Source of the DNA: Candidatus Omnitrophota bacterium
GTDB taxonomy: Bacteria; Omnitrophota; 4484-213
Assembly (NCBI GenBank): GCA_030639955.1
Contig: DAOWKH010000045.1
Coordinates: 1 to 24,830 of the forward strand
DNA length: 24,830 bases
Reading direction: 5' to 3'
Made by a program: the position numbers and the translations under genes. Position 1 is the first letter of the stretch; each line of letters opens with the position of its first letter. Under the pieces are notes generated by a model. That model was not told the DNA's origin and did not search any database. It was given only the letters and a program-made list of their open reading frames with translations. Of this stretch, positions 8,015 to 15,480 are shown piece after piece.

Positions 8015-8862
8015 ATTTCTATCCGACAGACTCTTCTGATTAAAACCACACCGATAATCTCAGAAATCAAGGCGTAAATCAGCATCGCCTGTCCAGCCGG
8101 CTCTTCAAGCATTGTCTGAACCAAAGAGGGATTAGTAACCGAAACAACTACGGCAAAGATAATCGGCAGGAACCCCATTAACATCCCTTGCATCTTTCCC
8201 TGAGAGGTCAAGGTATTTATGCGCCGCTCTAATTTATTCCTCTCTTTAATTGTATTCACAATCTGGGAAAAAACTATGGTCAAGTCCCCACCGCTCTGGC
8301 GGGCAATAAGCACTGCTCTTATTGTCAGAGACAATGCCTCACTGTTCATTCTGAGGACTAACTTCTGAAGAGATTTATCCAGAGGGACGCCTAATTTGTT
8401 TTCTATCAATATCAAACTAAACTCCTGGGAGATGGGAGGCGGAAGTTCCTCCACTAATACCTCTACTGCCTGCAGGAAACTCAACCCTCCTCTTAAAGAG
8501 CTGGAGAGAGAAGTCAATCCATCTACTAATTGAGATTCAAATTTCTTTAAGCGCCTCTTTTGAAAATTTTTAATGAATAGACCCGGCAAAATTACTCCAA
8601 ACGCTACACAAATAAGGGCGATGAAAAAGCTATCGCTAATCAAAAAGCCGATTATTCCCAAAATAAAAGGGCTGAGAAAGGTAATGTAGACAAGGGTCGA
8701 AAGGGGCATCTTAATAAACATCTGCCCTAAATGGTTAGAGGTCTTTTTTATCCGTTGACTACTTTGATATTCCTTCAACCACTCTTCGACAGAAGGATAA
8801 AAGTAATAAGTCAAGAGGGCTATGACAAAAAAAAGAATGGAATGGCTTAATATTTTCAACAT
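8011..8862 (-). CDS. tadB: Tad pilus inner-membrane platform protein TadB (T2SS F family)
   Basis: RLKKFESQLVDGL..LSSSLRGGLSF, PPPISQEF, GGDLT, RINTLTSQGKMQG. Confidence 0.88.
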   Translation of the reverse strand: MLKILSHSILFFVIALLTYYFYPSVEEWLKEYQSSQRIKKTSNHLGQMFIKMPLSTLVYITFLSPFILGIIGFLISDSFFIALICVAFGVILPGLFIKNFQKRRLKKFESQLVDGLTSLSSSLRGGLSFLQAVEVLVEELPPPISQEFSLILIENKLGVPLDKSLQKLVLRMNSEALSLTIRAVLIARQSGGDLTIVFSQIVNTIKERNKLERRINTLTSQGKMQGMLMGFLPIIFAVVVSVTNPSLVQTMLEEPAGQAMLIYALISEIIGVVLIRRVCRIEI

Positions 8863-10142
8863 CGGTTTTTAAAGACAATATCTATCGGCACGCCCTTAAA
8901 ATCAAATTCTTTTCTGAGCAGATTTTTTAAATAAACAGAATGATTAGCTTTGATGGAATTGGAGTCGTTTACAAAAACAAGAAACTTGGGTGGTTTTGTT
9001 TTTATCTGGGTAAGATAATAAACACGAGTACGGGGAAAAGAGATATTCAATTTATTCAACAAATTAGTTGCTATCCTCCGGCTATTATTATCGGCTATCT
9101 TAGCGATTAAATCAAGGGTTTGCTGGACATTTTCTCCTTTTAGGGCAGAAGTAAAAACAATGGGGACAAAATGCAGATACTTTATTCGCTGGCGGAGCAT
9201 CTTTTCATATTCTTTAAAACAAGCGTCCTTGAACAGGTCCTTTTTATTTACAGCAATAATCCCTGCTTTATTCTGTTTAATAATGAAATTTAAAATCGTA
9301 ATATCCTGCCTGCTTAAACCCTCTCGGATATCAATCAATAACAGGACGATTTCTGCCCTCGCGATAGCTTTGTAGGTTCTGAATAAACTATATAAGTCCA
9401 GCGTATCCTTGATTACTTTCTTTCTTCTTATGCCGGCAGTATCTAATAAAAGATAGTTCCTCCCGCCTTTTTTAAAAAGAATATCCACGCTATCACGGGT
9501 AGTCCCCGGCTGCTCATCTACAAGCACCCTTTCATCCCGCAGCAAAGAGTTTATAAAAGAGGATTTCCCTACATTGGGTTTGCCCACGATAGCAACATTG
9601 ATCGTTTCTTCTTTAATCAGCGGAGATAAAATAGGAGGAAGTTTTTTAATTAAGCAATCGAGCAGTTCCCCTATTCCTAAACCATGAGCAGCAGAAACAG
9701 GAAAAAGTTCTTTAAACCCTAATTGGTAAAAGTTAACCGCCTCGTTCTTTAATCCCTCATTGTCTACTTTATTCACTACCAATATTACTTCTTTCTGTTT
9801 TCTTTTTAGATATAGAGACACGTCTTTATCCAGGGGGGTCAATCCTGTCCTAACATCAGTAACAAAAATAGCGAGCATGGCTTCTTCCACGGCAATATCT
9901 ATTTGTTTCCTGACCAATATTTCTATTTTTTCCAGAGAAGGAAAATACTCCGGGGAAGCAATCAGACCACCTGTATCAATCAATTGGGCGCAATACCCCC
10001 GCCAGTACAAGTCAGCGTAAATCCTATCGCGGGTAACCCCGTCCTCTTTCTCAACGATAGATTTTCTCTGCTTTATCAAGCGATTAAATAAGCTTGACTT
10101 GCCTACATTTGGTCGTCCAACAATAGCAATCTTATCTTTCAT
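8856..10142 (-). CDS. der: Ribosome biogenesis GTPase Der (EngA)
   Basis: Two GTPase domains: GRPNVGKSSLFNRL...GVTRDR and GKPNVGKSS...GTTRDS...DTAGIRR; C-terminal KH-like PPKF and FKGVPI. Confidence 0.97.
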   Translation of the reverse strand: MKDKIAIVGRPNVGKSSLFNRLIKQRKSIVEKEDGVTRDRIYADLYWRGYCAQLIDTGGLIASPEYFPSLEKIEILVRKQIDIAVEEAMLAIFVTDVRTGLTPLDKDVSLYLKRKQKEVILVVNKVDNEGLKNEAVNFYQLGFKELFPVSAAHGLGIGELLDCLIKKLPPILSPLIKEETINVAIVGKPNVGKSSFINSLLRDERVLVDEQPGTTRDSVDILFKKGGRNYLLLDTAGIRRKKVIKDTLDLYSLFRTYKAIARAEIVLLLIDIREGLSRQDITILNFIIKQNKAGIIAVNKKDLFKDACFKEYEKMLRQRIKYLHFVPIVFTSALKGENVQQTLDLIAKIADNNSRRIATNLLNKLNISFPRTRVYYLTQIKTKPPKFLVFVNDSNSIKANHSVYLKNLLRKEFDFKGVPIDIVFKNRC

Positions 10143-10674
10143 TCAATAACCTACTCTCCCGCCAAATATATCCTAAACCTGAAACAATAGTGAGCAAACC
10201 GGCGCTGTTTGCTACTATCCTAAAGTAGGGAAATTTCAACAAGACCAAAACTATGGTGAACATCTGAAAAAAGGTAGTGAGCTTTCCTAATCTATTAGGA
10301 CTCACTGTTTTTCTCCCGCTAATTATGTAAATAACAACAAATCCTAAGCCGATAATCAAATCGCGGCTAATTACAGTGATGGTAACCCACGATGGAATAC
10401 GAAAAGGAAATCTGCCTATCGTAAGACAAAGAAAGATGGAATTGATAAGAAACTTATCGGCCAAGGGGTCTAAAAATCTGCCCAATTCTGTCCGTTGACC
10501 TCGCTTACGGGCTATATAGCCGTCAATAACATCTGTGAGAATCGCTACTAAAAAAAGAGAGAAAGCAATCCATCTTAGAATGTCGTTTTGGGGGGTATAA
10601 TAAACAAGGGAAATGACAATAAAAGGAATTAATAAAATCCTTAAAACCGTAAGTTTATTAGGTAGATTTAGCAT
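10132..10674 (-). CDS. pgsA: CDP-alcohol phosphatidyltransferase (phosphatidylglycerophosphate synthase)
   Basis: MLNLPNKLTVLRI, TDVIDGYIARK...LGRFLDPLADK, LGKLTTFFQM. Start placed at ATG 10674 behind AGAGGA. Confidence 0.88.
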   Translation of the reverse strand: MLNLPNKLTVLRILLIPFIVISLVYYTPQNDILRWIAFSLFLVAILTDVIDGYIARKRGQRTELGRFLDPLADKFLINSIFLCLTIGRFPFRIPSWVTITVISRDLIIGLGFVVIYIISGRKTVSPNRLGKLTTFFQMFTIVLVLLKFPYFRIVANSAGLLTIVSGLGYIWRESRLLNER

Positions 10675-10720
10675 ACATTCCTCTATCAAGTACTAATTTT
10701 TATATTTACTACCACACTTT

Positions 10721-10885
10721 GAGAGGCTCGGCTTGTGTCGCTAAGAAGCCGTTGCGCAGACTGAGCGGGCATGGTTTTGCCGAAGCGTAGCGAAGGCAAA
10801 GAGCGAAGCCGAGCACCGAGCAGCAATTTGCTCGCTGGGCAAATTGACTGCGTGCTTCGTGCGACCAAGCCGAGCCGAGCTCTGC
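10721..10885. other. GC-rich multi-branched palindromic element between lepB and pgsA (candidate ncRNA or MITE-like element)
   Basis: Outer stem ggctcggcttg(t)gtcgc / gcgaccaagccgagcc, further stems gaagc/gcttc and gcgcag/ctgcgt, and two inner hairpins. Confidence 0.65.
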
Positions 10886-10888
10886 TCA

Positions 10889-11428
10889 TCATCGTAGAAT
10901 TCTGAATCTCTTTGGCGGCCAGTAAATTAGAAATGCCCTTCCTGACAGATTCTTGCGAGGAACAAATCCCCAATAACGGCTATCTCTGCTTACTGCACTG
11001 TTATCTCCCAAGACAAAAAAACTCTTCTCGGGGACCTTTACAGCTACACCTTCTTTGGCGTATTTCCCGTAATTATAATAATAGAGCTTTCTCAGAATTT
11101 CATTGTCGCTGGACTCACCATTTATAAAAATATTGCCGTTATTAATCTCTACTGTTTCTCCTTCAGAGACAATCAGCCGCTTGATAAAATCCCTCTTTGG
11201 ATTTAGAGGGTATTTGAATACAATTATATCACCTCGCTGGGGTTTTTTAAAGCGATAGAGTAATTTATTTACCAAAATGCGGTCGCCCTGCATCAGAGTA
11301 GGACGCATCGAGCCGGTAGGTATTTTAAATGCCTGGACAAAAAATGTGCGGATAAACATTGCCAGAACAAAGGCAATTAGAATCGATTCTACATACTCCC
11401 GGATTATTTGTTTAGTATTTTGATTCAT
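10889..11428 (-). CDS. lepB: Signal peptidase I
   Basis: FKIPTGSMRPTL (catalytic Ser), RDFIKR (Lys), GDNSAVSRDSRYWG. Start at ATG 11428 forms an ATGA overlap with the lepA stop. Confidence 0.96.
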   Translation of the reverse strand: MNQNTKQIIREYVESILIAFVLAMFIRTFFVQAFKIPTGSMRPTLMQGDRILVNKLLYRFKKPQRGDIIVFKYPLNPKRDFIKRLIVSEGETVEINNGNIFINGESSDNEILRKLYYYNYGKYAKEGVAVKVPEKSFFVLGDNSAVSRDSRYWGFVPRKNLSGRAFLIYWPPKRFRILR

Positions 11429-13209
11429 ATCTTCAGCACCGCCCGAAATGCTTCTTGAGGGATTTTCACTTCCCCTATCTGCTTCATCTTTTTTTTGCCG
11501 GCTTTCTGTTTCTCCCAGAGTTTTCTCTTGCGGGTAATATCGCCGCCATAGCATTTAGCGGTAACATTTTTCTTCAGTGGCTTTATAGTTGCCCGGGCAA
11601 TAATCTGACTATCGATTGCCGCCTGAATAACTACCTCAAAGAGATGCTTGGGAATTACATTTTTTAATCTTTCTACTAAATTCAGGCCTCTCTGGCGGAC
11701 TTTATCTCTGGGCACAACCAGAGATAAGGCATCGACCGGCTTGCCATTGATTAAAATAGACAACTTGACCAGCTCCCCTCTAAAATATCCCTTAAATTCA
11801 TAATCAAAAGAGGCATAACCCTGGGTAATTGATTTTATTTTATCATAAAAATCAACAATAATCTCGGATAAAGGGAGATCGTAATTTAGCAATGACCGTC
11901 CTTCATCCAAATATTCCAGACCTTTATAAATCCCTCTCCGCTCCTGAGATAACTCCATTATCTTACCAATATAGGCCGCAGGGGTAATAATAAACCCTTT
12001 TATATAAGGTTCCTTAATCTCCTCTATCTCTACGGTGCAAGGAAACTCGCCGACATTGTTCACTTCTATCTCCTCTCCATTACTAATTTTGATTCTATAA
12101 GTGACATTGGCGGCAGTGCTGATTAGTTCCAGATTAAATTCTCGTTCTAATCTCTCCTGGATAATTTCCATATGCAGGAGCCCTAAGAAGCCGCAACGGA
12201 AACCCTGTCCAAAAGAAGGAGAAGAATCGGGTTGAAAGACGAATGAGCTATCATTCAATCGCAGTTTTTCTAATGCTTTTCGCAAAGATAGAAAATCGCC
12301 CTCTCGCACAGGATAGATTCCGCTAAATACCAAAGGAGAGGGTTGTTTAAATTCTGCTAAACCTAATTCTTCCTGCGAAAAAGCGGGTTCGCTAATCGTA
12401 TCCCCTATCTTTACATCTTGCAGCTGGTGAATATTGGCGCTAAAAAATCCTACTTCCCCGCAGTTTAATTGCTCAACAGCCCGCGGGTGGGGGTCAAAGA
12501 TACCCACCTTTTGCACCTGATGAACCTCATTAGTGGCTAAAAAGCGAATATCCCTGCCCGGCTTCAGGCAACCTCCGAAAATACGCACATAGACAATTAC
12601 CCCCTGATAGGTATCAAATTTAGAATCAAAGATAAGGGCTTGCAAGGGCTTTAGGGCTTTGGGCGGCGGAATCCGCTCAATTACTGCCTCAAAGACCTTC
12701 TCAATTCCTCGGCCATGTTTGGCGCTTATTAGAAGAATTCCCTCGTCATCTATTTTTAATATACTCTTTATCTGTTCCTTTGTCCTCTCAATATCAGCGT
12801 TCTTTAGGTCAATTTTATTGATAATCGGGATAAGCACAAGATTATTTTGCTGGGCTAAATGCAGATTGGCAATTGTCTGCGCCTCCACCCCCTGGCTGGC
12901 GTCAACCAAAAGCAGCGCCCCTTCGCAGGCGGCTAAACTCTTAGAGACCTCATAGTTAAAATCTACATGGCCGGGGGTATCGATTAAATTCAGGATATAT
13001 TCCTCGCCAGCGAATTTATAAACCAACCTCACTGCCCGCGCCTTTATCGTAATCCCCCGCTCGCGCTCCAGCTCCATATCGTCAAGAACCTGTTCTCTAA
13101 ACTCGCGCTCGGAGATTGCTCCGGTCCGCTCCAAAAGGCGGTCGGCAAGCGTGGACTTGCCGTGGTCAATATGGGCAATAATAGAAAAATTGCGGATGTT
13201 TTTGTTCAC
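11425..13209 (-). CDS. lepA: Elongation factor 4 (LepA)
   Basis: IRNFSIIAHIDHGKSTLADR, ERERGITIKA, FRCGFLGLLHMEI, KCYGGDITRKRKL. GTG start. Confidence 0.98.
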   Translation of the reverse strand: MNKNIRNFSIIAHIDHGKSTLADRLLERTGAISEREFREQVLDDMELERERGITIKARAVRLVYKFAGEEYILNLIDTPGHVDFNYEVSKSLAACEGALLLVDASQGVEAQTIANLHLAQQNNLVLIPIINKIDLKNADIERTKEQIKSILKIDDEGILLISAKHGRGIEKVFEAVIERIPPPKALKPLQALIFDSKFDTYQGVIVYVRIFGGCLKPGRDIRFLATNEVHQVQKVGIFDPHPRAVEQLNCGEVGFFSANIHQLQDVKIGDTISEPAFSQEELGLAEFKQPSPLVFSGIYPVREGDFLSLRKALEKLRLNDSSFVFQPDSSPSFGQGFRCGFLGLLHMEIIQERLEREFNLELISTAANVTYRIKISNGEEIEVNNVGEFPCTVEIEEIKEPYIKGFIITPAAYIGKIMELSQERRGIYKGLEYLDEGRSLLNYDLPLSEIIVDFYDKIKSITQGYASFDYEFKGYFRGELVKLSILINGKPVDALSLVVPRDKVRQRGLNLVERLKNVIPKHLFEVVIQAAIDSQIIARATIKPLKKNVTAKCYGGDITRKRKLWEKQKAGKKKMKQIGEVKIPQEAFRAVLKI

Positions 13210-13254
13210 AAAATAAAAACCCTTCTGCCCTCAAAGATATAGAGAGCAGAAGGG
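13210..13254 (-). terminator. Intrinsic terminator after the porin gene, abutting the lepA start
   Basis: Minus-strand stem cccttctgc-tctc/gagg-gcagaaggg followed by tttttatttt, then the lepA GTG. Confidence 0.6.
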
Positions 13255-13258
13255 CAGG

Positions 13259-13289
13259 AATCACTGATTACACTGATGGTTTATCAGTG
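13259..13289. repeat. AATC-anchored 9-nt-period repeat patch, copy 2
   Basis: aatcactgattacactgat...atcagtg; gattacactgat is 11/12 identical to 14870-14881. Confidence 0.55.
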
Positions 13290-13291
13290 CT

Positions 13292-14596
13292 TTAGAAGAC
13301 CACGCTTACCGAGCCGATTACTTCCTTTGCTACGCTATTGTTGCTGTCAGCAAAGGCAGTCCCGGGAATGAAATAAGCCCCTAACAAACCAAACTGGACA
13401 TCCTCGGTGTAATTGTAAGCAAGTTTAAGGTCAAACTCATCACCCAAATCACTGTCAGATTCCATTGTGTAGGTGCGAGTGGTAAGATCGGTGCCCATAA
13501 ATGCGCCAGCCGCATATTTCTCAGCCGCAGTAAAATGGAAGTAATTCAGTGATGCGGTCAATTTATCTGTTGGCTGAACACTTGCCTTGGCATTGATGAT
13601 GTGGACATTGCTGGAAGCCAAACCAAGAGCGGCCACAATTTCACCGGCTACCTGGTCACCATACATTGGGTCCCACTGCTTACGGGTCCCAGTAGTGTCA
13701 CCGGCTTTCTCTCCGGAAAGATAGGTGTACCAGAGACCTACACTCGGAGAATACTGATAATCAGGCATATCATAGTCAGCGCCCAACTGGACAGCATCTG
13801 CCGAAAGGTCGCGTCCGGCTGCATATTCTCCAAACTGATGCGCCAATTCAGCGTTTAAGACCAGATTCTCGATTGGAGTAATGTTCCCGCGCACACCTAC
13901 AGTGTCAACTCTCTTAATAGGCGTTCCAGCAGCATTAGTTGCTCTTCTTTTACAGAAGTAGTAGGCCTCACCTACGGCGTCATACTCGGCAAATTGATAG
14001 CGGGCATTAATACCGTAAAGATCGGCGTCGCTGGAAGTAGAGCTAGTATCCTCATCTACCTTGGCCGTAAACACATCCAGGGTCAATGGTGAAAGGTCAA
14101 ACACGGCTTTGATGGCATCAAATGCCTTGCGACTGCTCAGGTCATTAGCCGTAATTCCAGTCAAAACAGCAGAATTTGCATCGCCATCGCCGACAATCAG
14201 AAGATTACCATAGCGCAGTTCCTGACGACCGAGGGTCAATGTTAATGGCCAGTAACTGACTTCTTTCAGTGTAATGTAGGCAAGGTCTAAATTGATGTCG
14301 TCAGAAGAAGCACTATCCTTATCCCAATCCCGCTCATTAATAAATCTGACCGTTGCGGCTACATTATCGGTCAGGTCGGCATCTAATCTCACCCGCACTG
14401 TGGACATATAGAAACTCTTATCATCTTCTACGCCACTTACTGTTTTAGAATCTTGTTTTAGGTCATAATCAGTGCGATAGATGCCCCGGATAGTGATATC
14501 ACCGCTGACCTTTACATTCTGCACCTCAGCGTTCGCCGGCATACTCAACAAACCTACAAGCAACACCGCTGCACAAAATACTCCTATTTTTCTCAT
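13292..14596 (-). CDS. Outer-membrane beta-barrel protein (alginate-export/porin-like), 434 aa
   Basis: Signal peptide MRKIGVFCAAVLLVGLLSMPANA, alternating beta-strand pattern (LDLAYITLKE, LTLGRQELRYG, LGDEFDLKLAYNY), C-terminal Phe (VSVVF). Start at ATG 14596 with strong SD. Confidence 0.8.
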   Translation of the reverse strand: MRKIGVFCAAVLLVGLLSMPANAEVQNVKVSGDITIRGIYRTDYDLKQDSKTVSGVEDDKSFYMSTVRVRLDADLTDNVAATVRFINERDWDKDSASSDDINLDLAYITLKEVSYWPLTLTLGRQELRYGNLLIVGDGDANSAVLTGITANDLSSRKAFDAIKAVFDLSPLTLDVFTAKVDEDTSSTSSDADLYGINARYQFAEYDAVGEAYYFCKRRATNAAGTPIKRVDTVGVRGNITPIENLVLNAELAHQFGEYAAGRDLSADAVQLGADYDMPDYQYSPSVGLWYTYLSGEKAGDTTGTRKQWDPMYGDQVAGEIVAALGLASSNVHIINAKASVQPTDKLTASLNYFHFTAAEKYAAGAFMGTDLTTRTYTMESDSDLGDEFDLKLAYNYTEDVQFGLLGAYFIPGTAFADSNNSVAKEVIGSVSVVF

Positions 14597-14603
14597 CTTT
14601 TCC

Positions 14604-14652
14604 CTCCTTTCCTTCCTCGCCGTAGGCGAGAGCCTGAGCGAAGCGAAGGATA
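14604..14652 (-). repeat. 49-nt leader element including the SD, copy 2 (porin)
   Basis: 46/49 identical to 336-384. Confidence 0.9.
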
Positions 14653-14782
14653 ATCTTTTGTTTGTCCTTTCCTTACTTGCCACCCCGACGTATCGTCGGG
14701 CTAAACTTATTTTTTCTCTTCTCTTCTATTGAAAATAGAAAGCAGATGCCTACGGGACGCATCCCTTTCTACTAATAAGGAT

Positions 14783-14810
14783 ATTTTACCCTTTTTCTTT
14801 TTTTTGTCAA
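14783..14810 (-). promoter_or_regulatory. Sigma70-type promoter for the porin gene
   Basis: TTGACA (14810-14805), 16-nt spacer, TAAAAT (14788-14783); A-rich upstream. Confidence 0.65.
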
Positions 14811-14821
14811 GAACTTTTTTT

Positions 14822-14883
14822 GAGATTGCTGAAAAATTCAGCAATCTCTGATTACAGCGATTAAAAACCGATTACACAGATTA
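14822..14883. repeat. Perfect 12-bp hairpin plus AATC-anchored 9-nt-period repeat patch, copy 3
   Basis: gagattgctgaa-aaa-ttcagcaatctc (14822-14848), then gattacagcgatta and gattacacagatta. Confidence 0.6.
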
Positions 14884-14890
14884 AAAAAAC

Positions 14891-15355
14891 TCATTGCTCT
14901 CTTTCTTCTTTTATTGGACCCGACTTAGGAGTTAAAAAGATAGTAAGCACTGTTCTGGTCATCATTGGTTTTAAGGTAATAATACAGCTTTCTCTGCTCT
15001 TCTCAAAATTAAGGATTATTTCATTATGCTCAACAATATTTATTAAACCCCAATTATACAAGGGCATCTGTTCTCTATAGAATTCAATAATTTTTTTAGC
15101 ATTGGCCTTACCAACATATTTGAATAGCCCCATCCGTGTAAAGTCATTCTGAAAAACAAAGGATTCTTGTCTATTGAGTTTAAAACGGTAAGGAACAGGA
15201 AGGTCTTCAAATTTTAAATCCGAAGATACCTCTAATTTCTCTTCCTCGACTACCACTCCTAATTCTGCATCCCTTTGTCTATCCATTGTGGCACAACCAC
15301 CATTGGCAAAGAGCAAAGAGCAAAGAGCAAAGAGCAAAGAGATCTTTTTTATCAT
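14891..15355 (-). CDS. Uncharacterised lipoprotein
   Basis: Basic N-terminus, hydrophobic core, lipobox-like NGG-C21; SD GGAGG upstream; own promoter. Confidence 0.75.
   Translation of the reverse strand: MIKKISLLFALCSLLFANGGCATMDRQRDAELGVVVEEEKLEVSSDLKFEDLPVPYRFKLNRQESFVFQNDFTRMGLFKYVGKANAKKIIEFYREQMPLYNWGLINIVEHNEIILNFEKSRESCIITLKPMMTRTVLTIFLTPKSGPIKEEREQ
15306..15340. repeat. Perfect heptamer tandem repeat (gcaaaga)x5 in the lipoprotein signal peptide
   Basis: Read directly; encodes SLLFALCSLLFA. Confidence 0.95.
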
Positions 15356-15394
15356 TTTCCCTCCGCAGATAATTTTCCTTTAAAACCAGAAATA

Positions 15395-15423
15395 AGCATA
15401 GCAAAATTTATTTCTTTTGTCAA
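15395..15423 (-). promoter_or_regulatory. Sigma70-type promoter for the lipoprotein gene
   Basis: TTGACA, 17-nt spacer ending in TGc, TATGCT. Confidence 0.65.
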
Positions 15424-15424
15424 G

Positions 15425-15480
15425 CCCTGTTAAATAAAATCTTTGATTTTCTTTTGCTGAAAGCAAAAGATTTAACAGGG
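15425..15480. repeat. Three-way-junction palindrome, intergenic copy after the truA stop
   Basis: ccctgttaaat...atttaacaggg enclosing aaaatc-ttt-gatttt and cttttgct-gaa-agcaaaag. Confidence 0.9.

Noticed and set aside
10686-10973. 95-aa minus-strand ORF between lepB and pgsA
   Set aside because: Overlaps lepB out of frame and is otherwise a translation of the palindromic element; no SD or protein-like features.
11429-11554. 42-aa N-terminal extension of LepB
   Set aside because: Lies inside the lepA 3' end; the ATGA overlap at 11425-11428 is the better start.
14597-14683. 29-aa N-terminal extension of the porin ORF
   Set aside because: It is a translation of the 49-nt leader repeat; the SD and signal peptide point to ATG 14596.
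14822-14848. 12-bp perfect hairpin as an intrinsic terminator
   Set aside because: No U tract follows it on either strand; kept only as a repeat feature.
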